Source: Podarcis cretensis (Eukaryota). Taken from it: a stretch of 64,000 nucleotides of DNA. The position numbers were made by a program, and so were the translations under genes. Positions 1-17,097 of the stretch are shown piece by piece (position 1 is the stretch's first letter; every line of letters starts with the position of its first letter). Location: the NCBI GenBank assembly GCA_951804945.1, contig OX638164.1, positions 29,512,001-29,576,000 on the forward strand, given 5' to 3'. Under the pieces are notes generated by a model. That model was not told the origin of the DNA. It ran no database searches and saw only the letters and a list, made by a program, of their open reading frames with translations.

Positions 1-879
1 AACTCCACCCATCTGGTGGCCCTAGAGCACCTCTATGTTCCTTCTAATCCTTCATCATGATCCACTTGTTCTATATGGCCTTTGGCACCATCCCTCAAGT
101 CCTCTCCTCCCCTTCTGAAACCCAAGGTCATATAATTGGAGACACAACCTCCTATCCATGAGTTTCACTTCCACCTTGTCTTCAACCTTTAGCCTGCCCA
201 GGTCCCTGCCCAGAGAGACTCCACAAAGCACCACAAACACTGAGAGCATAACAACCAACAACCCGGGCAGGTCTCCCTAGAGAGACACAGGTACACCTTC
301 AGAGGATGCTTAGACATGCCCCACCCCCAAAAAATCAGTGCAAGGTTGTTGTGTGGATGCAGACTGAAGCATCCAACAGCATGTGTGCATCGGTTCTTCT
401 GCTGGTTTGCAAAGGCCGAGATGCCTATAAGGCAAGCATCTCTTTTTCACAAGGTTTTGGCTTCCCTGGGATTAATCATCCCCCAACTAACAACAAAAAA
501 GCCATTTATATTTATAGTATGCCACACTCTCTGGGAGAGACCAGCCTCACACTGGTCGCCTGATTCCTTGACAACCTTCTTCAGCATAACGTATTTATTT
601 CTAATTTCCAAATGTCTTTCTGCATGGCTGCATCATTAAATATCAGGGTGGAAAACCATACAAATAATCACGAAAGTGACTGGCTAGTTAAAGAAAAAGA
701 AAGAAAAAAATGTGAACAGCTGCACAGCATAATAAAGCCAAGAGGCGCATGGAAGTTAGCAGCATGAATGCCTGCTGAATCTCTGCTGGAAGCATGTTCC
801 CAGCTCATGGGACAAGTGACACTAAATGCCTGACTTCTGATTGAGGCTGGTTGGATCTGTATACCACAGGGGACAACTA

Positions 880-1135
880 TAACTGTGCTCCTGCAGATGA
901 TCAAGCAGTGATACAAGGGCTCAGATGGTCCTCAAGGTATGCTGGGCCCAAGCTGTTCAGGGCTCAAGAGCCTTGAACCTACCCAGGTAGCTCATGGGCA
1001 ACCAGTAGAGATATATTAGCAGAGGCGTCACATGCTGTCAGCCACCTGCCCTCACCAGCAATCTAGTCACTAGCTGGAGTTTCCAGACACATTGCAGTAA
1101 TCCAGTCTAACGCATGGACTACATTGCGTATCATG
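880..1135 (-). mobile_element. Degenerate L2 LINE fragment
   Basis: Minus strand encodes VVHAL and RLDYCN in different frames, the C-terminal motif of L2 reverse transcriptase. Confidence 0.55.
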
Positions 1136-1770
1136 AGGCTTCCGCAGCTGTTTGCTTGTCTTGTGGAGTGGAGCCCATTGTGACCAACTTGGTGAATCCA
1201 TGACTTTTTGTGTGAAGTGGGGGAAGGGGGTCTTGTGGCTCTTCTGTAAGCCAAGCAGGTATAAAACCCAGAGATCCATTCTAGAAGGGAAGCACCTTGG
1301 ACAGCAGCCACCTCTAGCCTCCAGGTTTCTGAGGGCAGTAGCTCCAGGGCACCACTGCTCAACTGGCACAGAGGGCACAAGATCAATCGTGAGCCTCCAT
1401 TCTCTCCAAACGGTGCCTCTTGTGCCAGCTCATAACTAGAAAAGGCCTAGAGATAGGTAGGTTTGGATTTGTTCCGAAAAAGGAAAGTCACGGAAACAGA
1501 AACTGGGTAAAGAGAAGGCTGCAGAGGATGGCAAGCATGCAGGCTATCGGGGTCTCTAAGCCACAAAGCCCCTAGGATGGAGGAAAAAGGAGCCCAATCC
1601 TGCCCTGCTCCAGTCAGCTCTGAGCACCATCAAATGACTCACACAAGTTCTCCGAATTGTCAAAATTCAGCAACATTCTGACAAGGGCAGTTAAACACTT
1701 TAAAGCTTGGAGATTGAAGTTAAGTCAAGCCCTTTTCATTGTGGCCAGTAGAGGTCTACTGTTAATCTTA

Positions 1771-2086
1771 AAGGTAAAGGTAAAGGTACCCCTGCCCGTA
1801 CGGGCCAGTCTTGACAGACTCTGGGGTTGTGCGCCCATCTCACTTAAGAGGCCAGGGGCCAGCGCTGTCCAGAGACACTTCCGGGTCACGTGGCCAGCGT
1901 GACATCGCTGCTCTGGCCAGAGCCAGAGCCAGAGCCGCACACGGAAACGCCGTTTACCTTCCCGCTGGTAAGCGGTCCCTATTTATCTACTTGCACCCGG
2001 AGGTGCTTTCGAACTGCTAGGTTGGCAGGTGCTGGGACTGAGCAGCGGGAGCGCACCCCGCCGCAGGGATTCGAACCACCGACCTT
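1771..2086 (-). mobile_element. Sauria SINE, 5'-truncated, young copy
   Basis: (ACCTTT)n tail on the minus strand, core CCAACCTAGCAGTTCGAAAGCAC, B-box GGTTCGAATCC. Nearly identical to the copy at 39620-39984. Confidence 0.9.
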
Positions 2087-2444
2087 TGGTCCTTATCATG
2101 TCCTCACAGCGACAGAGACATGCCACCATGTATGTTGCCAGCTCTATTTTATCTCACGTAAACTGGCTCAGTATAAGGCAGCTTCCAATCTGTCCATCAT
2201 CTGCCCCAGTACTGTCTCTTTTGATTGGCAACAGCCCACTGGAGATGTCAAGAGCTGAACCTGGTCACCTGGTGAAGGCCAAGCAAGTGCTCTGCTACCA
2301 CTGAGCAAGGCTCCTTCCCCAAAGGGCAGGAATAGTGATCCCTGGACTGCTCTAACAAGACAGAACAACACAGAAGGAGCAGAAGCCACCATCTAAAAGA
2401 AATGTGAGAATTTAACACAAGAGAAAGCAACCATAAGATGCAAT

Positions 2445-2569
2445 CAGGGCTATTTCTCTAGAAAAAGAGGTGCTGAGCTCACCACAAACTTCCCCCTTGT
2501 TCTGTAAGAACGGCAATGGTGCTCACCTGAGAAGCGCCAGAGCTGAGCTCTGGCTGAAAAAAAGCCCTG
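2445..2569. mobile_element. hAT-type MITE
   Basis: Termini CAGGGCT...AGCCCTG; 8-bp TSD GATGCAAT/GATGAAAT. Confidence 0.7.
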
Positions 2570-2684
2570 GATGAAATAAAAATGCAACCTAGGAAATATA
2601 CAGTTGGTTTCTGGTATGGTTTCATTAAAGCAAATAAAAACAAAAACTTGAACATGAAAAATTATGAGAATTCTAAACCCATTA

Positions 2685-2910
2685 CAGTGGTACCTCAGGT
2701 TACATACGCTTCAGGTTACAGACTCTGCTAACCCAGAAATAGTGCTTCATGTTAAGCACTTTGCTTCAGGATGAGAACAGAAATCGTGTTCCAGTGGCGT
2801 GGCGGCAGGAGGAGGCCCCATTAGCTAAAGTGGTGCTTCAGGTTAAGAACAGTTTCAGGTTAAGTACGGACCTCCGGAATGAATTAAGCACTTAACCTGA
2901 GGTACCACTG
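2685..2910. mobile_element. Tc1/mariner (Tigger-like) MITE
   Basis: TIR CAGTGGTACCTCAGGTTA / TAACCTGAGGTACCACTG; TA duplication on both sides. Confidence 0.88.
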
Positions 2911-3641
2911 TACTATTGGATTGATGTGCCTGGAAAGCACAGCAATATCAAGAGAACCAGCAAAATCTAGAACTCTTGAATACTCAGAATATTCAGGAAG
3001 GGACAGAAAGCCTGCAGAGTATGACCCAATATCTAGAAGTAAGGTTTCTTCTTTCATAAATTAACCCTAATCTGGTTGTGTAGGGTTCCCTGCATGCCTT
3101 CCAGAAATCCTGAGATGCATTGTCACCTGAGCAGGATGCTTGTGAACAACAAAGACTTCTATTTCATAAGTCCCAAGAATGTGATTCCCATCTGCTTGGG
3201 CAGCAATAATGCTTTAAGTCATTAAAATATGAGCAGGAAAGATGACAGAAGTTCGTTGAGTCAGCTGTCTGTGGTAAATCACTGGAAGATGTGAAGCCCG
3301 ATGCCTCAGTCCCAAAATGAGGAACTTCACACTCCCAAATGCAAACAAAGCTTGGCCTCAAACAGAATGGGAATGGCTCTTGCTGTCTCCTTCCTGCACA
3401 TGCTGGTGGAGAATTAGAGGGAAATGTTGAAGCAAAAGATGTAGAATATTAAATCTAGTGCACTGGTACTGTAAATGCAAAAAGGGAATGAGAGGTGGGG
3501 GGAAAGAGGAAGAGGAGTTCCACATACATACACATCTTTTCCACCCAGCACATTTTTAAGGATTTTCATTTTCATAAAACTAAAATTGTTAGCCGCCCTG
3601 AGCCCGGCTTCGGCTGGGGAGGGCAGGATATAAATAATTTA

Positions 3642-3645
<4 letters not shown>

Positions 3646-3681
<36 letters not shown>
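3646..3681. repeat. (TTA)n microsatellite
   Basis: Read directly. Confidence 0.9.
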
Positions 3682-5418
3682 CCAGTTCTCATTAGCTCTC
3701 TCTCCCCCCAATCATCCCAGGGTTTTTGTTTTTTCCATAAGATAGATTTCTGTATGGCTTCTCTACAATTCAAATTGCTAAGAGGGGAAAACTGTGACAT
3801 CAGAAGGAGCTAAAAATAATCCTATCCAGAGGGGACCTGAGATCAGTTGCCTCCAAAAGAACATTTATCCCAGATTCCTCTTGGATTTTCAGAGGGAGAG
3901 AGAGAAGTTTTCATCACTGATTGCACAGAGAAGGATCCGGCCTTAAGCCCCTCCTTGCTCCCCAGATGAAAGATCATCATCATCATTGCAGTCATTGTGG
4001 ATTAGGCAGGAGGGGGGGGTTAGAGAGAAAAAGCTTCTTATTAAGAGGCCAGAATGTTTTCAGTGGCAAATCACCAAAGCCCATCAGTACTCTGCTAAAA
4101 CTGAATTTCACCTATGTTAAACGAGAGGGCTTGACTGGTAGTACAACTGATTACTCAACAGTGGACAATTCCTATTCCTAAACATGTCCTTTTTTTGTTT
4201 TAGCTTATTTTGTTCAGCTTATTTTGATGGTTTAAAATCATCCAGAGGACACAAAGGAGATAACTCGGACAAGCACAAAATGATCAAATACCAAAGGAAA
4301 GTAACCAGTCTAATTTAAAACCATGAAAAAAGCTGGCATTGAAGAACTCTCAGGAGCAGACTTTGGACAGCTTCTGGAGTAACAGAGTTCTGCAGGTGTT
4401 GAGAGTGCCCTGTGGTGCCCTTGCCATCTGGATCCAAGGCACCAATGATAGAGACACTCTCAGATAAGCAGAGATAACAGCAGCAGCAACATCAGCAGCT
4501 GTTTCTCAGGTATAGAGCACTGAGCTCCCATTTAAGCTCGCACCATCGTTCATCAGCCCTGTCATTGGGGAAATTTAAGCAACGCCAGCAGGATCCTAAG
4601 AGGCCTTGAGCAGAGCAGCCTCCTCTTTGAAAAGAAGCTCCACAAACAGGGTGGGTCCCTTCTGGAGACACCCCCCCCCCACGCTTCTGCCTGTCCTGAA
4701 AAGCTGGAGGAGTTGCACCACTATCCTGGAAACTGGTTGCCAGGCATTGAATATTCCAGCTGTGCCAAGAGAGCCCAAGCAGACATGCAGGGCAGGTTGT
4801 TGGGACCACAGAGGAAAGATGGAGCAAGCAACTGGACTTAGGATGCTCTTTAGCAAAATAAAAATAGGAATGCTTTGGTGTCTCACACTTGTCAGCTTCC
4901 TTACATAATATCTGTAATGAAAAATGACCCCAATACCTACATGAGGTTTGGTCACATGAAACCTGCTTGTTTTTGAGACCACAGAAGCACCTCACAAAGG
5001 GCAGGAAAGGCTCCTGGCCGGTTTCTCACGCTGATCAGCTGACAGCTTGCAAGCGTGATTAGGTTTCCGCCCTGCCGCTGCAAAGGTCATTACTGGTTGC
5101 TCTTTCAGTCTGGCTCCGGTTTAAAATTCAGATCTTGCGGAAACAGCCAGAGCTGCCATCTTTATTCTATTCCTTTTGCTTCTAACATTGCCTCCCACCC
5201 AGCGAGATAGTCATGCCTGCTCCCTTATCAATCTCCTCACTCTGGCTAGTTATGAGCAGATTTCTCAAGTAGGTGGGTGTGAACCTAATGCATATCCTGC
5301 GTTCTTCCAACAGGCTTCCAATAGGCTTCACCTAAGAGGATTTTTCTGCCTGGGAATCTGTCTAGTGCAGGAAACCATGCATATAAATCATAACATATTG
5401 ATATTCTGTTGTATATAG

Positions 5419-5557
5419 CATAGAATTGTAGAGTTGGAAAAGACACTGAGGATCATCCAGTCCAACCCCCGCAATGCAGGAATATGCAGCTGTCCCATAC
5501 AAGGATCGAACCTGCAACCTTGGCATTCTCAGCACCATGCTCTAACCAACTGAGCTA
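5419..5557 (-). mobile_element. tRNA-head SINE with CR1-like 3' tail
   Basis: Minus strand reads TAGCTCAGTTGGTTAGAGCATGGTGCTGAGAATGCCAAGGTTGCAGGTTCGATCC followed by ...TTCCAACTCTACAATTCTATG. Confidence 0.75.
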
Positions 5558-5699
5558 TCCTGTGTGTCCAAGAAAGGCATTCATGGCTCCCAGCCTCTGT
5601 ACAGGTAGCAAAACAGAGAAGCATCTGTGACGTGCTATGGAGCACAGCAAACAAATTGGAGTGGGTTCAGAGGACACCAAAAAAGATGGAATGGAAAGC

Positions 5700-6110
5700 A
5701 AGTTGTCCCCTGAGGAAAGCTTGAAGGAACAAGGTAGGTTTAGCTGGGAAAAGAGAAGACTGAAGAGGGGGAAGAATATGGGAGTACAGTACTCTTCTTG
5801 CAGGCAAGAGGCAAAGACTGGCGTTCTCTGCAGCTCCAAAAGGCAGGGCTAGACTGAATAACCTTACATTACAGGAGGGGAGATTTGGGCTGAAAACGAG
5901 GAGAACCCATTGGGCTGTAAGAGCAGCTTGGAGACAGAACCAGTGACCCGGACGGGTGGCTGGGCTCTCTCCTGCTGGAAGTACTTGAACAGAGGCCACC
6001 CAATGAGGTGGGAGCAGCAGCAGCTCTGGATTTCCAGCACTGAAGGAATGGTGCTGGACAAGGTGTCCCTCCCTAGTTCTAGGTACACAAAAGACTCCCA
6101 AGGAAGAGTC
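5700..6110 (+). mobile_element. Degenerate CR1 LINE 3' fragment
   Basis: Translates to EESLKEQGRFSWEKRRLKRG, resembling the CR1 ORF2 C-terminal EERLKELGLFSLEKRRLRG; CR1-like 3' end follows. Confidence 0.7.
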
Positions 6111-7904
6111 ACCAACTCCCAGAGGTCACCATTACTCCAGTTTTAGAGATGGGGAATCACAAATACTGGTTGGTCCACATCTACTATGCAAGTTTATGAT
6201 GAAGCTGCCCTGTGCTAGCTTAGACTCACTCTCACCATCAACATATTTGTAGCCACACCAAATAGGGCGACAGGAATGCAACAGTATCAGAAGACAGCTT
6301 GCATTTCCTTTAACAGGATGCTGCGTGCGATGGGTGCTGGGGCAGAAGAGACTCAGCAAGAGAGGGAAAACTCACACAGAAAGCCTTCGGTTGGGAAGGA
6401 GGAAGATCCAAGCGAAGACTGAAGCAGGAAGCCCTTCTAGATACAGGACCTTCACCCCAACACCACTACAGAGGAAGGTGCTTTCTGTCCATACACAACC
6501 AGGAAGGAGCATGCCTGCTGCCACTGCAGTTTTCCTCTGGATTTGGTATCATTTACTTTAAACAAGATGCAAGTGAAGGTTTCAGTTTGCGCTGGGAGGA
6601 GTCAGTCTGGCCTCAAAATGCCACTGGCCAGGCAGCCAGGAAAGTGGGGTGCCTTCCCATTGTGCTAATATGCCTTCTTAAAGAGCAGCTCCCCCCCCCC
6701 AAAAAAGGAAGATGAACCCAACTCCACCCTGTTATCAGTGCAATGCTCTTTAGTATAATTGCAGTCTTTGTATTTTGCCCTTGTTTGCAAACTTTTGCCA
6801 CCCCAGAAGGAATTGCAGTGACCTTTGGCTGATGTAAGGAACCGCTTGATTATGTTGTTTACAGAAACACCAAGGAAGAGGGTTTGGTTCCAGGAGCCTG
6901 CCAGCTGGAGTCCCAGCACCTGCAAGACTGAGAAGCTCAGGAAGTTTGAGGCGCAGATCCCTGGAGCCGCCCCCACCCCAAGCAACCTCATGCAAGCGGA
7001 TGGCACAAGCATCCCTTTCCTCCCCTACTTCTTTACTGGTGCCAGAGTCAAACTGGTTTACTCTCCAGGAAAAATCAGGGCTGACTTTCAATTTATTGCC
7101 ATTTTTATTGGAATAACGCCCCCTCACATTTTTTTTTTTAAAAAAAGCTTTTCGAAATTAGAGGAGGGGGAGAATGCGCGAAACCTTTTATACACCAATC
7201 TGAAGGGAAGCAGCTTTGGGGGCTTTTAGGGTCCCCAAAAGGAGAAAGCAAGAAATAAAAACTTTCGGTTCCCCTCCCTCTCCGAAGGACAATACCACTT
7301 AGAGGCAAAGCGACCCTGCCCCGGTTGCTGCTGCTGCCCTAACCTCTGCGGGAAATTGGCCTGGCCCGGGTGGGTGGACAGCGCCGGCGAGGAACCTGCT
7401 GCTTTGCACAGGGCAAAATGCGGGGGCGGAAAGGGAGCTCTTGGCCAAGGCGAAGGCGGCGGCGACAGGGCAGCTCCATGGGCAGAAAGTGGAACCCGCA
7501 CCGCTTTCGTCTTTGCTGCTGCATTTGACTCTCGGGCTGAACCAGCGGCAGGACTGGGGACCGATCTCTGAACACGTGCAGAGCGCCTCCCTCTGGGATC
7601 GGGTGCCACCTCGGGCAGGCTTCAGCCTGGGACGCCCCTTTCTCCGCGGGGTCCGGCGGTGCCGGGAAAGAGCAGGCAGTCGAGGAAGGCTGGCACGACG
7701 CCCAGGTGGCTCACCTGTCACCCTCTCGGTGTCACCCTCCGAGGGCGCTGCCCAGACGCACCGCTTGCCCCCCCCCACACCGGGACCCCCTGGAGGCGGG
7801 CAGCCAAGCGCCTGCCCCCGCAGCCTGGGGAGGGGTGAGGGTGCTGCTGCCGGGAGACCCGGTCCCCCCCCCCTCGCCCCGTCCCGCCCCCCGGCCTTGC
7901 TTAC

Positions 7905-8279
7905 CCCGTGCCGGCGGGCCTGCTCGTTGAGGGCTCTCAGCCAGGCTCGCTGCCAATTCTCGCGGAAGGCTCGGAAGGCGAAGAGAGACGCCAGCAAGCC
8001 GCGGGCCCCCGCCGCCGCCGCCGCCGCCCCCTCGGAGCCGGCCGCTTCCCGGGCCGAGCCCAGGCGCCGCAGGGATGCCCAGAGGCCGGCGGCCGCCGCC
8101 GCAGCTCGGCCCCGCGACGGCAACGGCGCCTCCTTCTCCGGCCGGCGCCGTCCTCGCCACAAGCCGCGGGCGAACTGCAGGAGCCAGGCCGAGACCGTGA
8201 GCAGCGAGGCGGCGAAGAGCAGCACCAGCGCCGCCCAGCCCAAGCTCAGCCCCGGCTCCGGCTCCGGCTCCGGCTCCAT
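7905..8279 (-). CDS. C2CD2L: C2CD2L/TMEM24 (ER-plasma membrane phospholipid transfer protein), first coding exon; remaining exons not found in the window and presumably lie left of position 1
   Basis: ATG at 8279 gives [39 protein letters not shown]...[31 protein letters not shown], matching the C2CD2L N-terminal TM segment and start of the SMP domain. GTAAG donor at 7904; 375 nt, phase 0. In a CpG island, head-to-head with DPAGT1 as in other vertebrates. Confidence 0.93.
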
Positions 8280-9221
8280 GGCGGTGGCTCACGGGGCGTC
8301 GCGGCACATCGCGCTCCCTCTCGGGCAGGGGCGTCGAGGAAAGACAGCCGCTTCCTGCCTCCTTCCGCGCCGGCTTCGAGCTACAGGGGGAGGGCGCGCA
8401 GCGCTCTCCTTCCTTCCCGACCGTGCTGGGCGGAGCGCGCTGGAGCTGGAGACGAGCTGCCCTCGACGGCCAGTAGCGGCTTAGCTGGGCAGGGCCAAAC
8501 GCTGCTGCTGCTGGGGGTGCTGCTGCTGCCGCCGCCTCTCCCCTTCCGCTCTCCTCTCCCTCCCTCCGACCTCTTAAAGGCGCAGAAACGAGACCACCGA
8601 GGGCAGCTGCTACTGGAAAGGAATGAGGCAGCCCCGGGGAATCCTTCGACAATCCGCCCACTCGGTAAGGGTACCGTCTGAGGGTATGCGAGGAGCCGGC
8701 GGGGGTTACTTGGAAGCGGGTCTGGCTCGCCAGCCAAGATGCGCAGAAAGAAAGAGGCGGCTCCTGCCTTGGGGACCAGGATGACATAGGAAAGGGGAAC
8801 GTCCGCAGGTCGACGACCGTCGATCATGCCTGCGGAAGCCGGGACGTTCCTTTTGCAGCTCGAGCCTAACATTATGACAGGAAGGGTGTTTAGAATTCCT
8901 TCCCAGGTGTGGCTACTGGGAGCGAAGCGGAGCTGAGGTCCCCGGGGAGAACTCTGGGTGCTCTGGACGCGTCTAGGGAGGTGGGTGGACCTGGGCTGGG
9001 GCTGGAGGTGGAACCAGGACCTTGGCTCCACTAGTAGACTTTTTCTCTTTCTGATTTTTTAATCGAGCAGGATATGGCAGGGACGTTGGGATGAGGGTGG
9101 CTGTTGATCTGTAGTAACCGAAAGATCTGAGGGGAAGTACCGTGGCACTGACGATCCGCGACGGGTGGTTCTGAAATGTGGATCGCGGGCACCATTCTGT
9201 TGCGGCAACATGCGGAAATAA

Positions 9222-10537
9222 GAGCCTTCTGCAGAAATGTTGGACTCCAACTCTCACCACCATACAGTATGATTCACAGGGCTGATGGGAGTTGTAGTCG
9301 AGAACATCTGGAGAGCATCATGTTGGGGGCGGCTGGTCGTGTGGCACCTTAAGAGATTGGCGGGTTCTGCTACAGTAGGTGTTGAAGGTTCCAGAAGATG
9401 TCTTGCCTGTTTTTTGCAGGAGGTTATCACCGTTTGGAATAGGGGTGTGGTTTTCTCGTGGCCCTCCAGATGTTGCTGGGATGCCAAATGGCCATCATCC
9501 CTGACTACTGGCCATGCTGGCAGGGGCTGCTGGTAGTCCAAAACATCTGGACGGCATCGGGTTGGGGTAGGCTGGTCGTGTATCATCTTATAGCATCATC
9601 CGAAACTAGGGTGCCTAACCTGTGCTCCACCGGTGCCACCACCAACACGTGTTGTTGGGATTACAACTCCCACCATCCCTGAAATGTGCTGTGCTGGGTG
9701 AGGCTGACGGGAGTAGGAGTCCCGAGAACATCTGAAAAAACACAGGTTTTCCCTCCCGGACATAGAATTTTAGGGAAGAGCTCCCCCTCGTGAGATTTAC
9801 TAAGAAGCTGCTGTCCCTTTAAATGGCCCCGCTTGGCTCTGGAGCGCCTCGCCGAGCCAATCAGCAGCCAGGTGACGTGTAATTTAACGAAACGTCCAAG
9901 GGCAGTTGTCACGTGATCCTCGGGCGCCGCCATGTTTGGTGTGGGCGTTCCTTACAACTCTGTGACCGTCGTATTTCCTCCGCCAAACCTGTCAAAGAGT
10001 TACGGTCACCGGATCTCTCGCGGCACATGGCGCCCGGCTTTGAGGATCTGATATGCCACACCGTCGAGTAGCCAGTAACGAAGATGGCGTCCGCGGCTTC
10101 ACAACGCGTGGAGTGCGTTTTGTAATATGCTCGCACTGTGTGGGTCGCGCTAGGATTTGGCGGTGTCACGTCATATAATGTCCGGGTGGAAACTCCAGCC
10201 AAGCTTATAGGGACGTTAAAAGGAAATCCCCCCCGCCCTTGCCAGAGAGACTCCCTTCCCGAGTCTCGACGACAGCTGGATCAAGCCGGTGTTTCGGTGG
10301 AGACGGGCAGGAACCCAGGGGAGCATTCTGCGCCTCTGGTAGGCCGGAGTGTGGCCACTTTATTCGGGCAGGGAGGGTAGAAATTTGGGTGCCGGGGAGC
10401 AGACAGAACACGAAAGTCTACCGTCTTCCAGGTGGTGTTGGACTCCCATCAGCTCCACCCAGCGTGGCCAGTTGTCAGGGATGATGGAAGTTACAGTCTA
10501 GCAACATCTGGAGGACCCCTAGTTTAGGAGACAACTG
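9222..10537. mobile_element. Cluster of four degenerate palindromic MITEs (about 9222-9320, 9440-9570, 9608-9755, 10420-10537)
   Basis: Each shows CCAGATGTT..GGACTACAACTCCCATCA...TGATGGGAGTTGTAGTCC..AACATCTGG-like inverted arms. Same family at about 21890-22015, 40670-40800 and 49787-49923. Confidence 0.65.
9850..10190. promoter_or_regulatory. Probable DPAGT1 promoter (CpG-rich)
   Basis: CCAAT 9857; TGACGTG near 9873; E-box GTCACGTGA 9908-9916; YY1-like GCCGCCAT near 9926 and AAGATGGCG 10081; GTCACGTCA near 10165. TSS not determinable from sequence. Confidence 0.55.
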
Positions 10538-10568
10538 TACCCCATCACAAGGAACAGACCAGAGAGCT

Positions 10569-10716
10569 CATGGAATCGTAGAAACGTAGAGTTGGAAGGG
10601 ACGCTGAGGATCATCTCGTCCTACCCCCTGCAGTGCAGGAATATGCGGCTGTCCCATGTGGGACTCAAACCTGCAACTTTGGTGTTAACAATGCCACACT
10701 CTAATCCACTGAGCTA
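10569..10716 (-). mobile_element. tRNA-head SINE with CR1-like tail, same family as 5419-5557
   Basis: Colinear similarity to 5419-5557. Confidence 0.72.
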
Positions 10717-11187
10717 TCTAGGTCCATATCCTATTCATTAGCACAGCAGAGTGGGTGGGACAGTGATTTATGGGCCCCAGATTGCTTGATCCCAATGCGC
10801 TTTTTTGTCAGTGGTCATCTTAGACACACCTGTGGTGATTCCCCCTCCATGGGCAGGATGATCCCATTTGTGGCTAAGGTGTGCATTCACATCATCTGAG
10901 GAGAGTATGAAATGCATGTAAATTTTGCATTCAGTATGAATTGTTGGTTACCAACTATTTTTTTATTCTTAGTTATGAAGATCCATCACCATGGCTGCTG
11001 CTGAAGCAGGAACCTTTTGCCAGTGGTTGTGGCCTAAGGGTCCCTTCTCTGTTATGTTACTTCTGACAAGAGGTGTCTGCTGTGGCTGTCCCAGATAGGC
11101 TACAACTGGAAGAAGTGCACGGACGACAGACAGACTTCCTTGGCTTATTGGCTTTGTCATTTGGGAGCACCCAGATCCAGCTCTGAG

Positions 11188-15960
<4,773 letters not shown>

Positions 15961-16140
15961 GCTGCCCTTGCCCCGTTGGTGCTTGATGGTGGTCTGCCTC
16001 GCAGCTCTCTCCCACATGGCCCACAGCTGCACTTGCCCCAGGGCAGTCAGCCTACCTTCGCAAGAGGGAGAAAGGCTTCTGGGGGGACTTTGGGGATGCA
16101 CTGATGTCTTGTGGGCTTTTGTATCCATTTGGAGAGCATC

Positions 16141-16166
16141 TGCTGCTGCTGCTGCTGCTGCTGCTA
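16141..16166. repeat. (TGC)n microsatellite in the DPAGT1 3' UTR
   Basis: About 8 units, read directly. Confidence 0.85.
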
Positions 16167-17097
16167 CTCCTGTTATAGGAACTGCACTTTGTTTGTATGT
16201 CAGTACTCTCTCTCTCTCTCCTGTATACTGACAGGGGAGGAGACACCATAATTTGGGGTGGCGGGGGGGTTGGCTTTTGAATATTTTTCTGGAGTGGAGC
16301 ATTGTGCTGCTACCCTGAAACACAAACAGAAGCAAACCGGCAAAAAATGCATGTAAGCAGAACTCAGCTCTCCCTATTGCAATGCTCCCCACTTTCCCTG
16401 CTATGAGAGAGAGCGAGAGAGAGCTACTTTATGCTCTAGGAGTAAGTGTGTGTGTCCCTCCACAACAGAAGGAAGCAACTTCCCCCTTCAGGCTACCTGT
16501 AAGTACTTGAGCAAGGCTTCACTGTCAAAATCTTGATAGAATCAAAGCACCAGACAGCTCTGATGGGGGCTTGGGCTTTGCAATTGCAGTTTCCTTCCTA
16601 GTTGTTTGTGCTGTGTTTGTTTTGAAGGACTTTGTTTTTATGGTCTCATGGCTAATGCAGTGCCAAAACAGTGACCCCGAAGTGGGAAGGAATTCCGATT
16701 GAACCTGGTGGGACTGACTTCAATTCAAACCTCCTTAAGATCCTGTTGACGGTCTATTCAGGGCTGCTCTTCTAAACCGTTTCTATACTACTGTCCAACT
16801 CTCTCTCACAAACCCAAATGAAGATGATTTGGTATAGTGCTTTTTGGTTTCGTTGTCTTTTGCTTAAACGGAGCTGGCCTGAGTGTTGAAATGGAGGAGG
16901 AGGCTTGGATTAGCTGGAAGTGACATCTTGCGGATAGAGGAAAGAGGGAGGAGAGAATGGAGAATAATACATCACCCAGGTGACATCCTAGCTTTTAGTC
17001 ATGAGGGAAGGACAAATGACTGAAGGGAGAGCAATCTGAGCAATCTTAGGTGCACAACAAAGTTTTCAAGCTTTCTCAGCCAACTATCCCTCTAGAA

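Noticed and set aside
5490-5557. tRNA-like sequences here and at about 41018-41082 and 49950-50018
   Set aside because: Degenerate stems fused to CR1-like tails and present in several copies; these are SINE heads, not tRNA genes.
7226-9031. Several long overlapping ORFs (347, 351, 257, 216 aa) around C2CD2L exon 1
   Set aside because: Stop-poor CpG island giving low-complexity Arg/Pro/Ala/Gly translations. Only the 7905-8279 minus frame matches a known protein and ends at a donor.
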